Positions 54,030 to 64,000 of a DNA stretch of 64,000 nucleotides are shown in pieces. The stretch is from Eledone cirrhosa (Eukaryota): NCBI GenBank assembly GCA_964016885.1, contig OZ024754.1, forward strand, positions 32,178,001 through 32,242,000, written 5' to 3'. Made by a program: the position numbers and the translations under genes. Within the stretch, counting starts at the first letter, position 1, and each line of letters starts with the position of its first letter. The notes below the pieces were generated by a model. That model ran no database searches, had not been told where the DNA came from, and saw only the letters and a list, made by a program, of their open reading frames with translations.

Positions 54030-54692
54030 AGTCCCTCAAATGTATATGCATGTGAATGGAGTTCTACTGAAGCAGTTAGAGAAGTTAAAGTATCTCGGGG
54101 CCGTGTTCACCAGTGATGGAATGCAGGAGGCTAAATTAGGTGCAAGAATCGCAAAAGCTGATGCAGTAATGCGCCAGCCTCAGCATTCAGCAATCAGAAG
54201 AAGGGGGTAGGTGTAAAAGCCAAACTCTCTCTTCCTGGTATTCCTGCCAACTCTTACCGAGGATCATGAATCTTGGGTAATGACCAAAAGAATACAATTG
54301 CAAATAAAAGCGGCAGAAATGGGGTTCCTCCGAAGGGTCTTTGGAGTAACATTACTCGATAAAGTGCATAGTTCAGAGACCAGAGTGTCACTCTTGGTAG
54401 AGCCGCTACTTCTCCGAATTGAGAGATCACAACTGCGATATTGTGAGCATGTGGTTAGAATGTCTCAGTAAAGATTCGCTGGACAGATTTGACAGGCAAA
54501 ACCAACCGACAAGAGATCCAGAGGTAGACCCTGAGCAAGATAGTTGGATAACATCCATGACCTTGGCTGGTCACACCTTGGGATCCAGCTGGATCAGTTA
54601 GAGATGTTTGCTACTGACAGACTCGCTGGAAGGAGTGTTTGAGAAGGACTCTGCCCCCATGACCCTCTCAGAAATAAGTGGGCAAAGAAGAT
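54030..54692 (+). mobile_element. Degenerate RTE-clade LINE 3' end (RT C-terminal region)
   Basis: Fragments read KLKYLGAVFTSDG...RIAKA, ESWVMTKR...AAEMGFLRRVFGVTLLDKV...IERSQLRY.EHVVRM and KRSRGRP, with stops and frameshifts. Confidence 0.88.
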
Positions 54693-54767
54693 ATTGTCAA
54701 TTTACTTTTCAATTTACATATATATTTGCATATAATACCAATATGTACACTACATATGCAAGCAGGA

Positions 54768-55003
54768 AACTGACCTTTCGACGGTTTTTCTGCTAGTATT
54801 TCTAATGAAATACACAACCATGTGTTTTAATTAATATTTTAAACAATCATTATTAAGCTAGTGTTTGGAACATAAATTAACAAAAAAGGTTTTTAGATAC
54901 AATTATAATAAAAGGATTGAATTTACACATAAACGATTTAAATGATGGCTTTGTTTAACATAATTATGGGCAGTCTTAGTCAGATTGGTGTCAAAAGGGT
55001 TGA
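54768..55003. mobile_element. Degenerate second TTAA-type MITE family copy
   Basis: It ends in TTGGTGTCAAAAGGGTTGA, whose reverse complement resembles the element start TTAATCCTTTTGACAACAAATC at 57270. The left boundary is uncertain. Confidence 0.45.
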
Positions 55004-55014
55004 ATAATTCTTAC

Positions 55015-55116
55015 CGGGACTTATTTGGAATACTGGATTGTTGTTTATTGGGATCAGATTCAAGAGGAACCAGTCCAGCAGTGAATTTAATCAAAGGTTC
55101 TCCAAGAATACCAAAT
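55015..55116 (-). CDS. Exon 4 of the predicted 124-aa protein: (R)FGILGEPLIKFTAGLVPLESDPNKQQSSIPNKS(R)
   Basis: Acceptor TTTTTCTCTAACTTTTAAG, donor CG|GTAAGA; 102 nt, phase 2-2, open frame. Confidence 0.75.
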
Positions 55117-55367
55117 CTTAAAAGTTAGAGAAAAACAAACAAACAAAAGTAACAACTTAATCATATTACAAGTTGCTGTTGATTGCTTGAAGAATCAGAA
55201 GGTTGAAGACTATGGCAGACATATAAGGCACAAAAGTGTTCCATTGCTGTATCCCAGCCAGTATCTGCAAACATTCTGTTTCTTCATACATGAAAAGCCT
55301 CTGAATTCTAATACTAGCACAAGTCATTTCACAATATCAAAATTAGAAGAAGCTCAAACACAAGCAA

Positions 55368-56305
55368 GATGTCATGGACTACTAACGTGTCATGGAAAAC
55401 ATGCCATGGACAACATGTTATGGACTACTCACATGTCATGGACCACATGTCATAGATAAAATGTTATGGATAACATCTCATAAATAACATGTCATAAACA
55501 AAATGTCATAGACATGCCATAGACAACATGTCATAGACAACATGTCATGGACAACATGTCACCGACAACATGTCACAGACAACATATCATGGACAACATA
55601 TCATGGACAACATCTCATAAATAACATGTCATAAACAATGTTTCATAGACAACATGTCATAGTCAACATGTCATAAACGACAATGTCATAAACAACATGT
55701 CATAGACAACATGTCATAGAAAATATGTCATGGACAACATGTCATGAACAACATATCACAGACAACATATCATTGACAACATGTCATAGACAACATGTCA
55801 TGGACAACATGTCATGAACAACATATCACAGACAACATATCATTGACAACATGTCATAGACAACATGTCATAAAAAACATGTCATAGACAATAAGTCATA
55901 GACAACATGTCATGGATAGCATATCACGGACATGTCATGGACAATATGTCATAGGCAACATGTCATAAACAACATGTCATTGACTGTCAACTTGTCATAG
56001 ACAACATACCATGGACAACATGTCATATGCAACATGTCATAAACAACATGTCATAGACAACATGCCATGGACAACATGTCATAGACAACGTGTCATAGAC
56101 GTCTCATAGACAACATGTCATGGACAACATGTCATAGACAACATGTCATGGACAACATGTCATGGACAACATGTCATGGACAACATGTCATAGACAACAT
56201 GTCATGGACAACATGTCATGGACAACATGTCATGGACAACATGTCATAGACAACATGTCATAGACAACGTGTCATAGACGTGTCATAGACAACATGTCAT
56301 GGACA
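55368..56305. repeat. 14-bp minisatellite GACAACATGTCAT(A/G), about 65 copies
   Basis: Direct tandem periodicity of 14 bp. It is degenerate on the left and homogeneous on the right. Confidence 0.95.
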
Positions 56306-56309
56306 GCCA

Positions 56310-56432
56310 TCATCTTGAAAAGATGAAAAGAAAAGTCGACCTCGGCAGGATTTGAACTCAGAGAACAGAGAACCAGAACGAATACTTCAAAGCATTCTAT
56401 CTGACATTCTAACGACTCTGCCAATATGCCAC
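56310..56432 (-). mobile_element. tRNA-derived SINE fragment (head)
   Basis: The reverse complement has an A-box-like TGGCAGAGTCGTTAG and a B-box GTTCAAATCC. It belongs to the same family as 58303-58460 and 63590-63810. Confidence 0.8.
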
Positions 56433-56449
56433 ACAAATAAGAGATAATA

Positions 56450-57034
56450 CTAGGTTGAGCAAAAAGTTTATGTGCCATGTTAAAATAATGATTTTTTATG
56501 CAAGAATTTATTCAAAAACAACAACAACTATTCTTCAAAATAAAGACCATCATTGTCTGCGACCTTCTGCCAATGACCTGCAAAGCTTTCGGATTTGGTC
56601 AAGGTACCAATCCTTCAGCTTTGAATTGAAAAATTCTTGACAGGCTTTTTCAACTTCATCGAATGACTCAAATCGGCGACCTTTCATAAAGTGCTGCATT
56701 GGTTGGAAGAGACTGTAGTCAGATGTAGCAACGTCTGGACTATAGGCTGGATATGGCAGAACTTCCACACTGTCCAATTCTTCAATCTTGTTGCTGGTCT
56801 TTCTGGTGGTATGCGGCTTTGCATTGATCGGAAGAGACTGTAGTCAGATGGAGCAACGTCTGGACTATAGGCTTTGCATTGTCTTGTTCAAACAAAGCGC
56901 GTTTTCGACGAACAAGACTTAGCTACTTTTCAACCAGCGCATCGTAGACTCGATCAAGTTGCTCGCAGTAAAGTTCAGCGTTGATGGCGCGACCATTATT
57001 TTAACACGACACACAAACTTTTTCCTCAACCTAA
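56450..57034 (-). mobile_element. Internally deleted mariner (Tc1/mariner) transposon
   Basis: TIRs at 56451-56474 and 57010-57033 match at 22/24. The transposase relic carries QDNAKPH and YPAYSPDVATSDYSLF, corresponding to the mariner HDNARPH and YSPDLAPxD motifs. Confidence 0.92.
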
Positions 57035-57053
57035 TATAATAAATATCACATAC

Positions 57054-57134
57054 CTGTCAGATAAGACTTCAGGATCGTTTTCAAAATCCTTTACTATTTC
57101 GTAAAACTTTTTGGCTTCCTCAGCATTTTTACAA
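57054..57134 (-). CDS. Exon 3 of the predicted 124-aa protein: (N)CKNAEEAKKFYEIVKDFENDPEVLSD(R)
   Basis: Acceptor ATATTTCAG, donor CAG|GTATGT; 81 nt, phase 2-2, open frame. Confidence 0.78.
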
Positions 57135-57269
57135 CTGAAATATTTGCAATAGAAAACTTTGCCTTAGTAAAATAGTTGCACCTCTTACTGATGAAACATT
57201 AATCTATTAATCTAATACATGTTGCAGCTGACAGACTGAGGCCATGCTGGGGCACTGTCATTAAAGGTG

Positions 57270-57395
57270 TTAATCCTTTTGACAACAAATCACCTGAAAC
57301 AGCTCCTGTTCCTACAATACAAAACTGTTTATTTTAAAGTATTTAAATTTATCTAAAAACTTTCCAGCATTTTTTGGCAATATTAGAACAACATG
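57270..57395. mobile_element. Degenerate TTAA-type MITE end (same family as 54768-55003)
   Basis: Starts TTAA-TCCTTTTGACAACAAATCACCTGAAAC. The far end is not recognisable. Confidence 0.4.
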
Positions 57396-57488
57396 GCCCT
57401 CCCAAAATATAACAATTTCCATCATAATTTTATGTAAAGACCAATTTATGCCCCCCCCCCCCCCACACACACACACATTACAACTTAC

Positions 57489-57581
57489 TTGAGCGGAGTT
57501 TCCTGCTTTTTCATCACAAACAGCCATGGATATTTCTGTTTAGGCTGAGGAAATACTGAAACTAAAGCCGGAGATCTTTGA
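57489..57581 (-). CDS. Exon 2 of the predicted 124-aa protein: (F)QRSPALVSVFPQPKQKYPWLFVMKKQETPL(N)
   Basis: Acceptor CCTTCTTACTCTTCTACAG, donor AA|GTAAGT; 93 nt, phase 2-2, open frame. Confidence 0.78.
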
Positions 57582-57785
57582 CTGTAGAAGAGTAAGAAGG
57601 TTAGAAGCTATTTATGTTCAGCTTTTTTTAACAGAAATTTAACTTTTTTAACAGAAATTTAACAGAAATTAAAATACAGTTTTATGTTCGATTAGATGGA
57701 ATTTTGCCATTAATCTTTTCAAGGTTGATAAAAAAAAGTACCAGTCTAGAATGTATGTATGTATGTATGTATGTATGTATGTATG

Positions 57786-58128
57786 GTATCCAATGATGTT
57801 GACTTGTTCTTCTTTTTGGTAAATATCATCTTGGTTAAGAGAGTGGGACTGGCTTTGTGCAGTGCCTTTGCTCACTATAAAAGCTTCACGGCGCAGGCAT
57901 TGCTTTATATCTGGAGATCTCTCTGCACTTGTCGTCACATGGTGCCATGGGCCCAGCGCTGTGTCAATGATTGTCACAGGTGTAGTGTTTGTGCCAGAGT
58001 TTTCAAGTCGCTGGCTGGACTAAAAAGTCACACTCGTTCAGCGCATCGGTGGAAGTTCTCCTACATGGATATAAAGTAGTGGCCGTACTCGAAAACGAGT
58101 TGGCAGCCACCATGTATGTATGTATGCA
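57786..58128 (+). mobile_element. 5'-truncated RTE/BovB-like LINE 3' end with a C2H2 motif and (ATGT)n tail
   Basis: CSVCARVFKSLAGLKSHTRSAH (57981-58046) is followed by a short UTR and an ATGT-repeat tail; an (ATGT)n run also precedes it. A terminal C2H2 finger with a microsatellite tail is typical of RTE-BovB-like LINEs. Confidence 0.65.
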
Positions 58129-58184
58129 TGGTCCCATAACTCCTGATTAAAGTTGTTGGGACACCGTATTGATATACAGTATTT

Positions 58185-58680
58185 TGGGGGCATAATTCTC
58201 TCCAAGCTTGAGTACAGAAGATTTCTTCCAGAGAAAGAGAGAAAGTGAGAGAGAGGAAGTGAGAAAGAGATATAGAAGAAGAATTGACCCCCACTACTAG
58301 ACTGGTAAGGCAGCGAAATGGCAGAATTGTTAGTATGTCGGATAGAATGTTGGATAGAATGGGATTCATTCCAGCTCTCTGCTCTTGTAGTTCAAATCCC
58401 ACTGAGGTCAACGTTGCCTTTCATCCTTTTGAGGTCGATAAAAAAAAGTACCAGCTGAGAGCTGGGACGAATTCCATAAAGCATTCTATCTGACATTCTA
58501 ATGATTCTGCCAATTCGCTGCCTTACCAGTCATGTACTGGGGTCAATTCTTCCTCTATATCTCTTTCTCACTTCCTCTCTCTCACTTTCTATCCTTCTCT
58601 GGAAGAAATCTGCTGTGTTCATACCTGCCCAGAGAGGGATGGGGTCTACCAGGCTTAAAACACCCAAGGAATACCATATG
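58185..58680. mobile_element. Cluster of tRNA-derived SINE pieces forming a long inverted repeat
   Basis: A plus-strand SINE head at 58303-58460 has A-box TGGCAGAATTGTTAG and B-box GTTCAAATCC. Arms ~58215-58351 and ~58479-58615 are reverse complements. Confidence 0.8.
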
Positions 58681-58900
58681 CCACGATGACGCCCCTACGA
58701 CTCCATCAGGAGTACGGAACCATACAAAAAAGATGGAAAGCAATGCATTTAACATTTGAAGGTCCTACTCGAACATTCATTGATAAACTCTCAGATGATA
58801 CTAACCTCACTATGGAGCAGTTACCAGAAATAATGGAGGGTCATGAATTGGGAAGAGACTTGGTCTGGAATATTCAACCGTGGTCGCAATCATGATGAAT
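58680..58900 (+). mobile_element. Degenerate RTE-like LINE 3' remnant
   Basis: GPTRTFIDKLSDDTNLTMEQLPEIMEGHELGRDLV resembles the GRPxxTYIDxL..D....M.DR..WR C-terminus of RTE-type ORFs. Confidence 0.5.
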
Positions 58901-58914
58901 ACAAAACCGCCTGA

Positions 58915-59125
58915 AAACATCATGAATTTTGGGTAATGACCAAAAGAATACAATTGCGAAAACAAGCAGCCAAAATGAGGTTCCACTGAAAGGTCTTTGG
59001 AATAACATTACTCAATAGGGTGCATAGCTCAGAGATCACAGCTCTGGTACTACAGACATGTTGTTAGAATGTCTAAGGAAAGAATCGCTGGACAGGTTTT
59101 ATGGGCAAAACCAACTGGCAAAGAA
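58915..59125 (+). mobile_element. Second degenerate copy of the RTE family at 54030-54692, with an internal deletion
   Basis: Shares TGGGTAATGACCAAAAGAATACAATTGC...GGTCTTTGGA.TAACATTACTC.AT...GTGCATAG.TCAGAGA with 54274-54378. Confidence 0.85.
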
Positions 59126-59172
59126 GACCTCGACAGCATGAAAAGCAAAGTTGACCCTGGCAGAATTTGAAG

Positions 59173-59997
59173 ATGATGATGGTGATAAGAATAATGGTGG
59201 TGGTAGTGATGAGGGTGGTGGTGGTGGTGGTGGTTATGAGGATGATGATGGTGGTGGTGGTGGTGGTGGTGATGGTTATGAGGATGATGATGGTGGTGGT
59301 GGTGGTGGTGGTGGTGATGGTTATGAGGATGATGGTGGTGGTGGTGGTGGTGGTGGTGGTGGTTATGAGGATGATGGTGGTGGTGGTGGTGGTGATGGTT
59401 ATGAGGATGATGATGGTGGTGGTGGTGGTGGTGATGGTTATGAGGATGATGGTGGTGGTGGTGGTGGTGGTGGTGGTTATGAGGATGATGGTGGTGGTGG
59501 TGGTGGTGAGGATGGTGGTGGTGGTGGTGGTGATGGTGATGGTTATGAGGATGATGGTGGTGGTGGTGGTGGTGGTGGTGATGGTTATGAGGATGATGGT
59601 GGTGGTGGTGGTGATGAGGATGGTGGTGGTGGTGGTGATGGTTATGAGGATGATGATGGTGGTGGTGGTGGTGATGGTTATGAGGATGATGATAAGTGGT
59701 GGTGGTGGTGGTGGTGATGGTTATGAGGATGATGATGGTGGTGGTGGTGGTGGTGATGGTTATGATGATGGTGGTGGTGGTGGTGATGGTTATGAGGATG
59801 ATGATGGTGGTGGTGGTGGTGGTGATGGTTATGATGATGGTGGTGGTGGTGGTGATGGTTATGAGGATGATGATGGTGGTGGTGGTGGTGGTGATGGTTA
59901 TGATGATGGTGGTGGTGGTGGTGATGGTTATGAGGATGATGATGGTGGTGGTGGTGGTGATGGTTATGAGGATGATGATGGTGGTGGTGATGGTGGT
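59173..59997. repeat. Compound (GGT)n/(GAT)n repeat with ~27-36-bp superunits GGTTATGAGGATGAT(GAT)(GGT)nGAT
   Basis: Directly visible trinucleotide-based repeat. Confidence 0.95.
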
Positions 59998-62392
59998 AGA
60001 TATATTGTAACAGGAATATATTGTAACAGGGATATATTGTAACAGGGATATATTGTAACAGGGATATATTGTAACAGGGATATATTGTAACAGGGATATA
60101 TTGTAACAGGGATATATTGTAACAGGGATATATTATGATGATGATGATGATGTGGGTTTTGATGATGATGATGGTGATGAGGATGATGATGGTGGTGGTT
60201 ATGGTGATGAGGATGATGATGATGATGGTGGTGGTGGTGGTGGTGTTGGTGTTGATAAAGTAGTAATTAAAGAACTTACTTAATGAGAGCATTGATTGCT
60301 GGTCTTTTCCTAATTAAAGATAAATACAATAAAGAAATTATAAATTGTAACAAGGATATTTTGTAACACAGATATATTGTAACAGGAATATATTGTAACA
60401 AGGATATATTGTAACACAGATATATTATGACAGAAATATATTCTGACACAGATATGTTGTAACAGAGATATATTGTAACAGGAATATATTGTAACAGGGA
60501 TATATTGTGACAGATATATTGTAACAGGGATATATTGTAACAGATATATTGTAACACAGATATATTGTTGCAGGAATATATTGTAACAGGAATATAATGT
60601 GAGAGGGATATGTTGTAACAGGGATATATTGTAACAGAGATATATTGTAACAGAGATATATTGTAACAGGGATATATTGTAACAGAGATATATTGTAACA
60701 GAGATATATTGTAACAGAGATTTATTGAGACAGAGATATATTGTAACAGTGATATATTGTATCAGGGATATATTGTAACAAAGATATATAGTAACAGGGA
60801 TATAATGTAACAGAGGTATATTGTAACAGAGATATATTGTAACAGAGATATATTGTAACAGGGATATAATGTAACAGAGGTATATTGCACCAGAGATATA
60901 TTGTAACAGGGATATTTTGTAACAGGAATATATTGTAACACAGATATAATGTAACAGAGGTATATTGTAACAGAGATATATTGTAACAGGGATATATTGT
61001 AACAGGGATATATGATAACAGATATATTTAACACAGATATATTGTAACAGGAATATATTGTGAGAGGGATATATTGTAACAGGGATATATTGTAAGAGAG
61101 ATATATTGTAACAGAGATATAATGTAACAGAGATATATTGTAACAGAGATATATTGTAACAGGAATATATTGTAACACAGATATATTGTAAGAGAGATAT
61201 ATTGTAACAGAGATATATTGTGACAGAGATATATTGTAACAGGGACATATTGTAACAGAGATATAATTTAACAGAGATATATTGTAACAGGGATATCATG
61301 TAACAGAGGTATATTGTAACAGAGATTTATTGAGACAGAGATATATTGTAACAGAGATATATTGTATCAGGGATATATTGTAACAAAGATATATAGTAAC
61401 AGGGATATAATGTAACAGAGGTATATTGTAACAGAGATATATTGTAACAGAGATATATTGTAACAGGGATATAATGTAACAGAGGTATATTGCACCAGAG
61501 ATATATTGTAACAGGGATATTTTGTAACAGGAATATATTGTAACACAGATATAATGTAACAGAGGTATATTGTAACAGAGATATATTGTAACAGGGATAT
61601 ATTGTAACAGGGATATATGATAACAGATATATTTAACACAGATATATTGTAACAGGAATATATTGTGAGAGGGATATATTGTAACAGGGATATATTGTAA
61701 GAGAGATATATTGTAACAGAGATATAATGTAACAGAGATATATTGTAACAGAGATATATTGTAACAGGAATATATTGTAACACAGATATATTGTAAGAGA
61801 GATATATTGTAACAGAGATATATTGTGACAGAGATATATTGTAACAGGGACATATTGTAACAGAGATATAATTTAACAGAGATATATTGTAACAGGGATA
61901 TCATGTAACAGAGGTATATTGTAACAGAGATATATTGTAACAGGCATATATTGTAACAGGGATATATTGTAACATGGATATTTTGTAACAGGAATATATT
62001 GTAATAGGGATATATTTTGACAGAGATATATTGTGACAGAGATATATTGTAATAGGGATATAATGTAACAGAGATATATTGTAACAGGGATATATTGTAA
62101 CAGTGATATATTGTAACAGAGATATAATGTAACAGAGATATATTGTATAAGGATATATTGTAACAGGAATATATTGTAACAGGGATATATTGTGACTGAG
62201 ATATATTGTAACAGGGATATATTGTAACAGATATATTGTAACAGGAATATATTGTAGCAGAGATATATTGTAACAGGGATATATTGCAACAGATATTTTG
62301 TAAGAGAGATATATTGTAAAAGAGATATGTTGTAACACAGATATATTTTAACAGGGATATATTGTAACAGGGATATATTGTGACAGAGACAT
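59998..62392. repeat. 16-bp minisatellite GATATATTGTAACAG(G/A), interrupted at ~60136-60344, with a 605-bp internal tandem duplication
   Basis: 16-bp periodicity. The variant TTTATTGAGAC recurs at 60721 and 61326, and identical translated ORFs at 60762 and 61367 have the same 605-bp offset. Confidence 0.95.
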
Positions 62393-62394
62393 AT

Positions 62395-62690
62395 GCCACA
62401 AGCCTAAGTCTTGTCATGAAGAGCAGAAGAATGGAGCTGGCAGGGCATGACCTATGAATAGGGGGACAATATACCAGTAAGAACAGCAATGTCATGTTTG
62501 CCAGTTGGTGGGAAAAGACCAAAGAGTAGAACTAAGAAGACCAGGAGATCCACCCTAAAAAAGGACCTGTGCAGGTGGTGTGGCACAAACTGGTTTCAAG
62601 CACCACCCCTTGCCAGAGACAGAGCAACTTAGAAGAGCATGGTAGCCCGTTCCCATGAAGCTGCAGGAACCAGATGACCAGATGATAAAT
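62395..62690 (+). mobile_element. Degenerate RTE-clade LINE 3' remnant
   Basis: Translates in pieces as KSRRMELAGHDL...PVGGKRPKSRTKKTRRSTLKKDL...ARDRA, compared with the RTE pattern R..LAGHVLR...KR.RGRPKKTWR.T...DL...A.DR. Confidence 0.6.
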
Positions 62691-62818
62691 TGAGTACATT
62701 ATTTGACGTGAAGAAATACAACAATATTTGCAGAAGTCTAACAAAAGATATCCCAGAATCTCATAACTTACATTGCATTGTTAATCAAACAATCGCTTTA
62801 ATTTTAAATATTACTTAC

Positions 62819-62877
62819 AATTTTCTTTCCTGTTTCATAGCATCAGTGTAAGGTATATCCGATCTGGTAGTAGACAT
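62819..62877 (-). CDS. First coding exon of the predicted 124-aa protein: MSTTRSDIPYTDAMKQERK(F)
   Basis: Acceptor TTTTTCTTAG|CC-ATG, donor TT|GTAAGT, ending in phase 2 to match exon 2. The ATG may be internal if an upstream coding exon lies outside the window. Confidence 0.65.
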
Positions 62878-62942
62878 GGCTAAGAAAAATGTTAAAATAA
62901 ATTTCTGATGATGATTATTATTTCTTTCTTAGATAAATATGT

Positions 62943-62994
<52 letters not shown>

Positions 62995-62996
<2 letters not shown>

Positions 62997-63104
62997 GTTT
63001 CTACTTTAGGCACAAGGCCAGCAATCACCCAGTGCATTACTGGTACTTTATTTTATCGACCCCGTAAGGATGAAAGGCAAAGTCAACCTCGGCGGGATTT
63101 GAAC
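62995..63104 (-). mobile_element. tRNA-derived SINE fragment
   Basis: CTGGTACTTTATTTTATCGACCCC.TAAGGATGAAAGGCAAAGTCAACCTCGGCGGGATTTGAAC, the same family as the other SINE copies. Confidence 0.82.
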
Positions 63105-63272
63105 CAGGTGGACGGCTAATTCTGGACTAAATTTAGTCCAGAATTAGCCGTCGAAATGGCTTGAGCTCAGCCGTCGGGGTCCTACTCGTTCCTATTACCC
63201 ACTCTACTACCCTAAGTATTGAGTACTTTGGTGCGTTATGGTCCACCTGGTTCCTTACCACATTTCCTTCGT
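63101..63272. mobile_element. Foldback element copy with a perfect 42-bp central palindrome
   Basis: GACGGCTAATTCTGGACTAAA|TTTAGTCCAGAATTAGCCGTC (63111-63152). The arm is homologous to 3865-3990 and ends in (TA)n. Confidence 0.75.
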
Positions 63273-63474
63273 TATATATATATATATATATATATACATA
63301 AATATATATATATATATAATCATCATCATCATCTATATATATATACACTATACACACACATATGTATATATACATATACACACACACACATGCATACACA
63401 TACCCCTACACATACATATACACACATATACACATGCACCTACATGCATACACACACACATATGGATACATATA

Positions 63475-63530
63475 CAGTTGTTTCCCCAGTATTCGTGGGA
63501 AGGGGGGGGGGGTACATTCCTAGAACTCCT
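63475..63530. mobile_element. Possible pogo/Tigger-like terminal fragment
   Basis: TA|CAGTTGTTTCCCCAGTATTCGTGGG...GGTACATTCC resembles Tigger-type ends. No partner TIR was found. Confidence 0.3.
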
Positions 63531-63569
63531 GGGGGGGGGGGGGGGGTGAAAGGGGCACTTTATTGACAT

Positions 63570-63810
63570 ACAGCATTTCTAGGGGATTTCTAAACCTGGT
63601 GGAGCCCATCCCTCTCCAGATCTGAATACGGCAGATTTCTTCCAGAGATACAAAGTTTGAGGATGGAAGTGAGGCAGAGATATAGAGGAAGAATTGACCC
63701 CAGTACTTGACTGGTACTTTTATAATCGACCTTAAATGGATGAAAGGCAAAGCTGACCTCGGCGGGATTTGAACTCAGAGAACAAAGAGCTGAAACGAAT
63801 ACCGCAAAGT
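63570..63810 (-). mobile_element. tRNA-derived SINE, near complete
   Basis: Has the B-box (GGATTTGAAC on the + strand), the central GATGAAAGGCAAAG..GACC segment, and a tail shared with 58530-58680. Confidence 0.82.
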
Positions 63811-63811
63811 A

Positions 63812-63950
63812 TTGCTTAGTGGTTAGAGCATTGGCCTTGCAATCGAAAGGTTGTGAGTTCAATTCTCAGACTGGGTGATGTGTTGTTTCCTTGAGCAAGA
63901 CACTTTATTTCACATTGCTCCAGTTTACTCAGCTGTAGAAATGAGATGAT
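63812..63950 (+). mobile_element. CORE-type tRNA-derived SINE
   Basis: A-box GCTTAGTGGTTAGAGC and B-box GTTCAATTC are followed by TCCTTGAGCAAGACACTT...CAGTTTACTCAGCTGTAGAAATG, which resembles the CORE domain of MIR-like SINEs. Confidence 0.75.
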
Positions 63951-64000
63951 AGGGACTGGGGTCCCTATCATTCCACTGCAAAGTGGTCGTAGAGGTGCCA

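Noticed and set aside
55170-55264. Possible extra minus-strand exon (TGWDTAMEHFCALYVCHSL...)
   Set aside because: Its open frame is phase 1 to 0, incompatible with the flanking phase-2 exons. The phase-2 reading hits TAG and the donor (GTAATA) is weak.
55368-56305. Array of p53-like half sites (CAACATGTCA)
   Set aside because: Each has two mismatches to RRRCWWGYYY and a 4-bp spacing, with no independent support.
57759-58079. Host C2H2 zinc-finger gene
   Set aside because: It is a single finger, the ORF starts in an ATGT microsatellite, and a repeat tail follows. It is better explained as an RTE-type LINE 3' end.
59151-62522. Gly-rich, Val/Met-rich, His-rich and YISVTIYLC-repeat ORFs
   Set aside because: These are by-products of the trinucleotide and 16-bp repeats, open in several frames, with starts inside SINE or repeat sequence.
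63812-63875. tRNA gene
   Set aside because: A and B boxes are present, but there is no complete cloverleaf or acceptor stem and the sequence runs into a CORE-like domain, so it is a SINE head.

Overview
This is repeat-rich animal genomic DNA. The (TA)n tracts, tRNA-derived and CORE-type SINEs, and RTE/CRE LINE relics suggest a mollusc, probably an octopus-like cephalopod (inference). About 79% of the window (267-50730) is a 44-bp tandem satellite, GAGAGAATTCTGGCTGGATACAGCTGGTTTGAACAGAAAGAGGT (~1,130 copies), with nested kb-scale higher-order duplications and one 690-bp interruption. The whole array sits between the two terminal inverted repeats and TTAA sites of a small piggyBac-type MITE. 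An unexpanded 222-bp relative with only about one monomer lies 1.1 kb away (51851-52072), so the origin of the satellite can be read from the window. A five-exon, 124-aa protein-coding gene, absent from the ORF track, can be assembled on the minus strand (62877 to 50839) with canonical GT-AG introns and matching phases. A splice donor 10 nt after its stop codon suggests the satellite lies in its 3'-UTR intron. The remainder is intronic TE debris (RTE, CRE, mariner, SINEs, a foldback element, a degenerate hammerhead-like motif) plus 14-bp, 16-bp and trinucleotide tandem repeats. The long ORFs in the ORF track are repeat artefacts.
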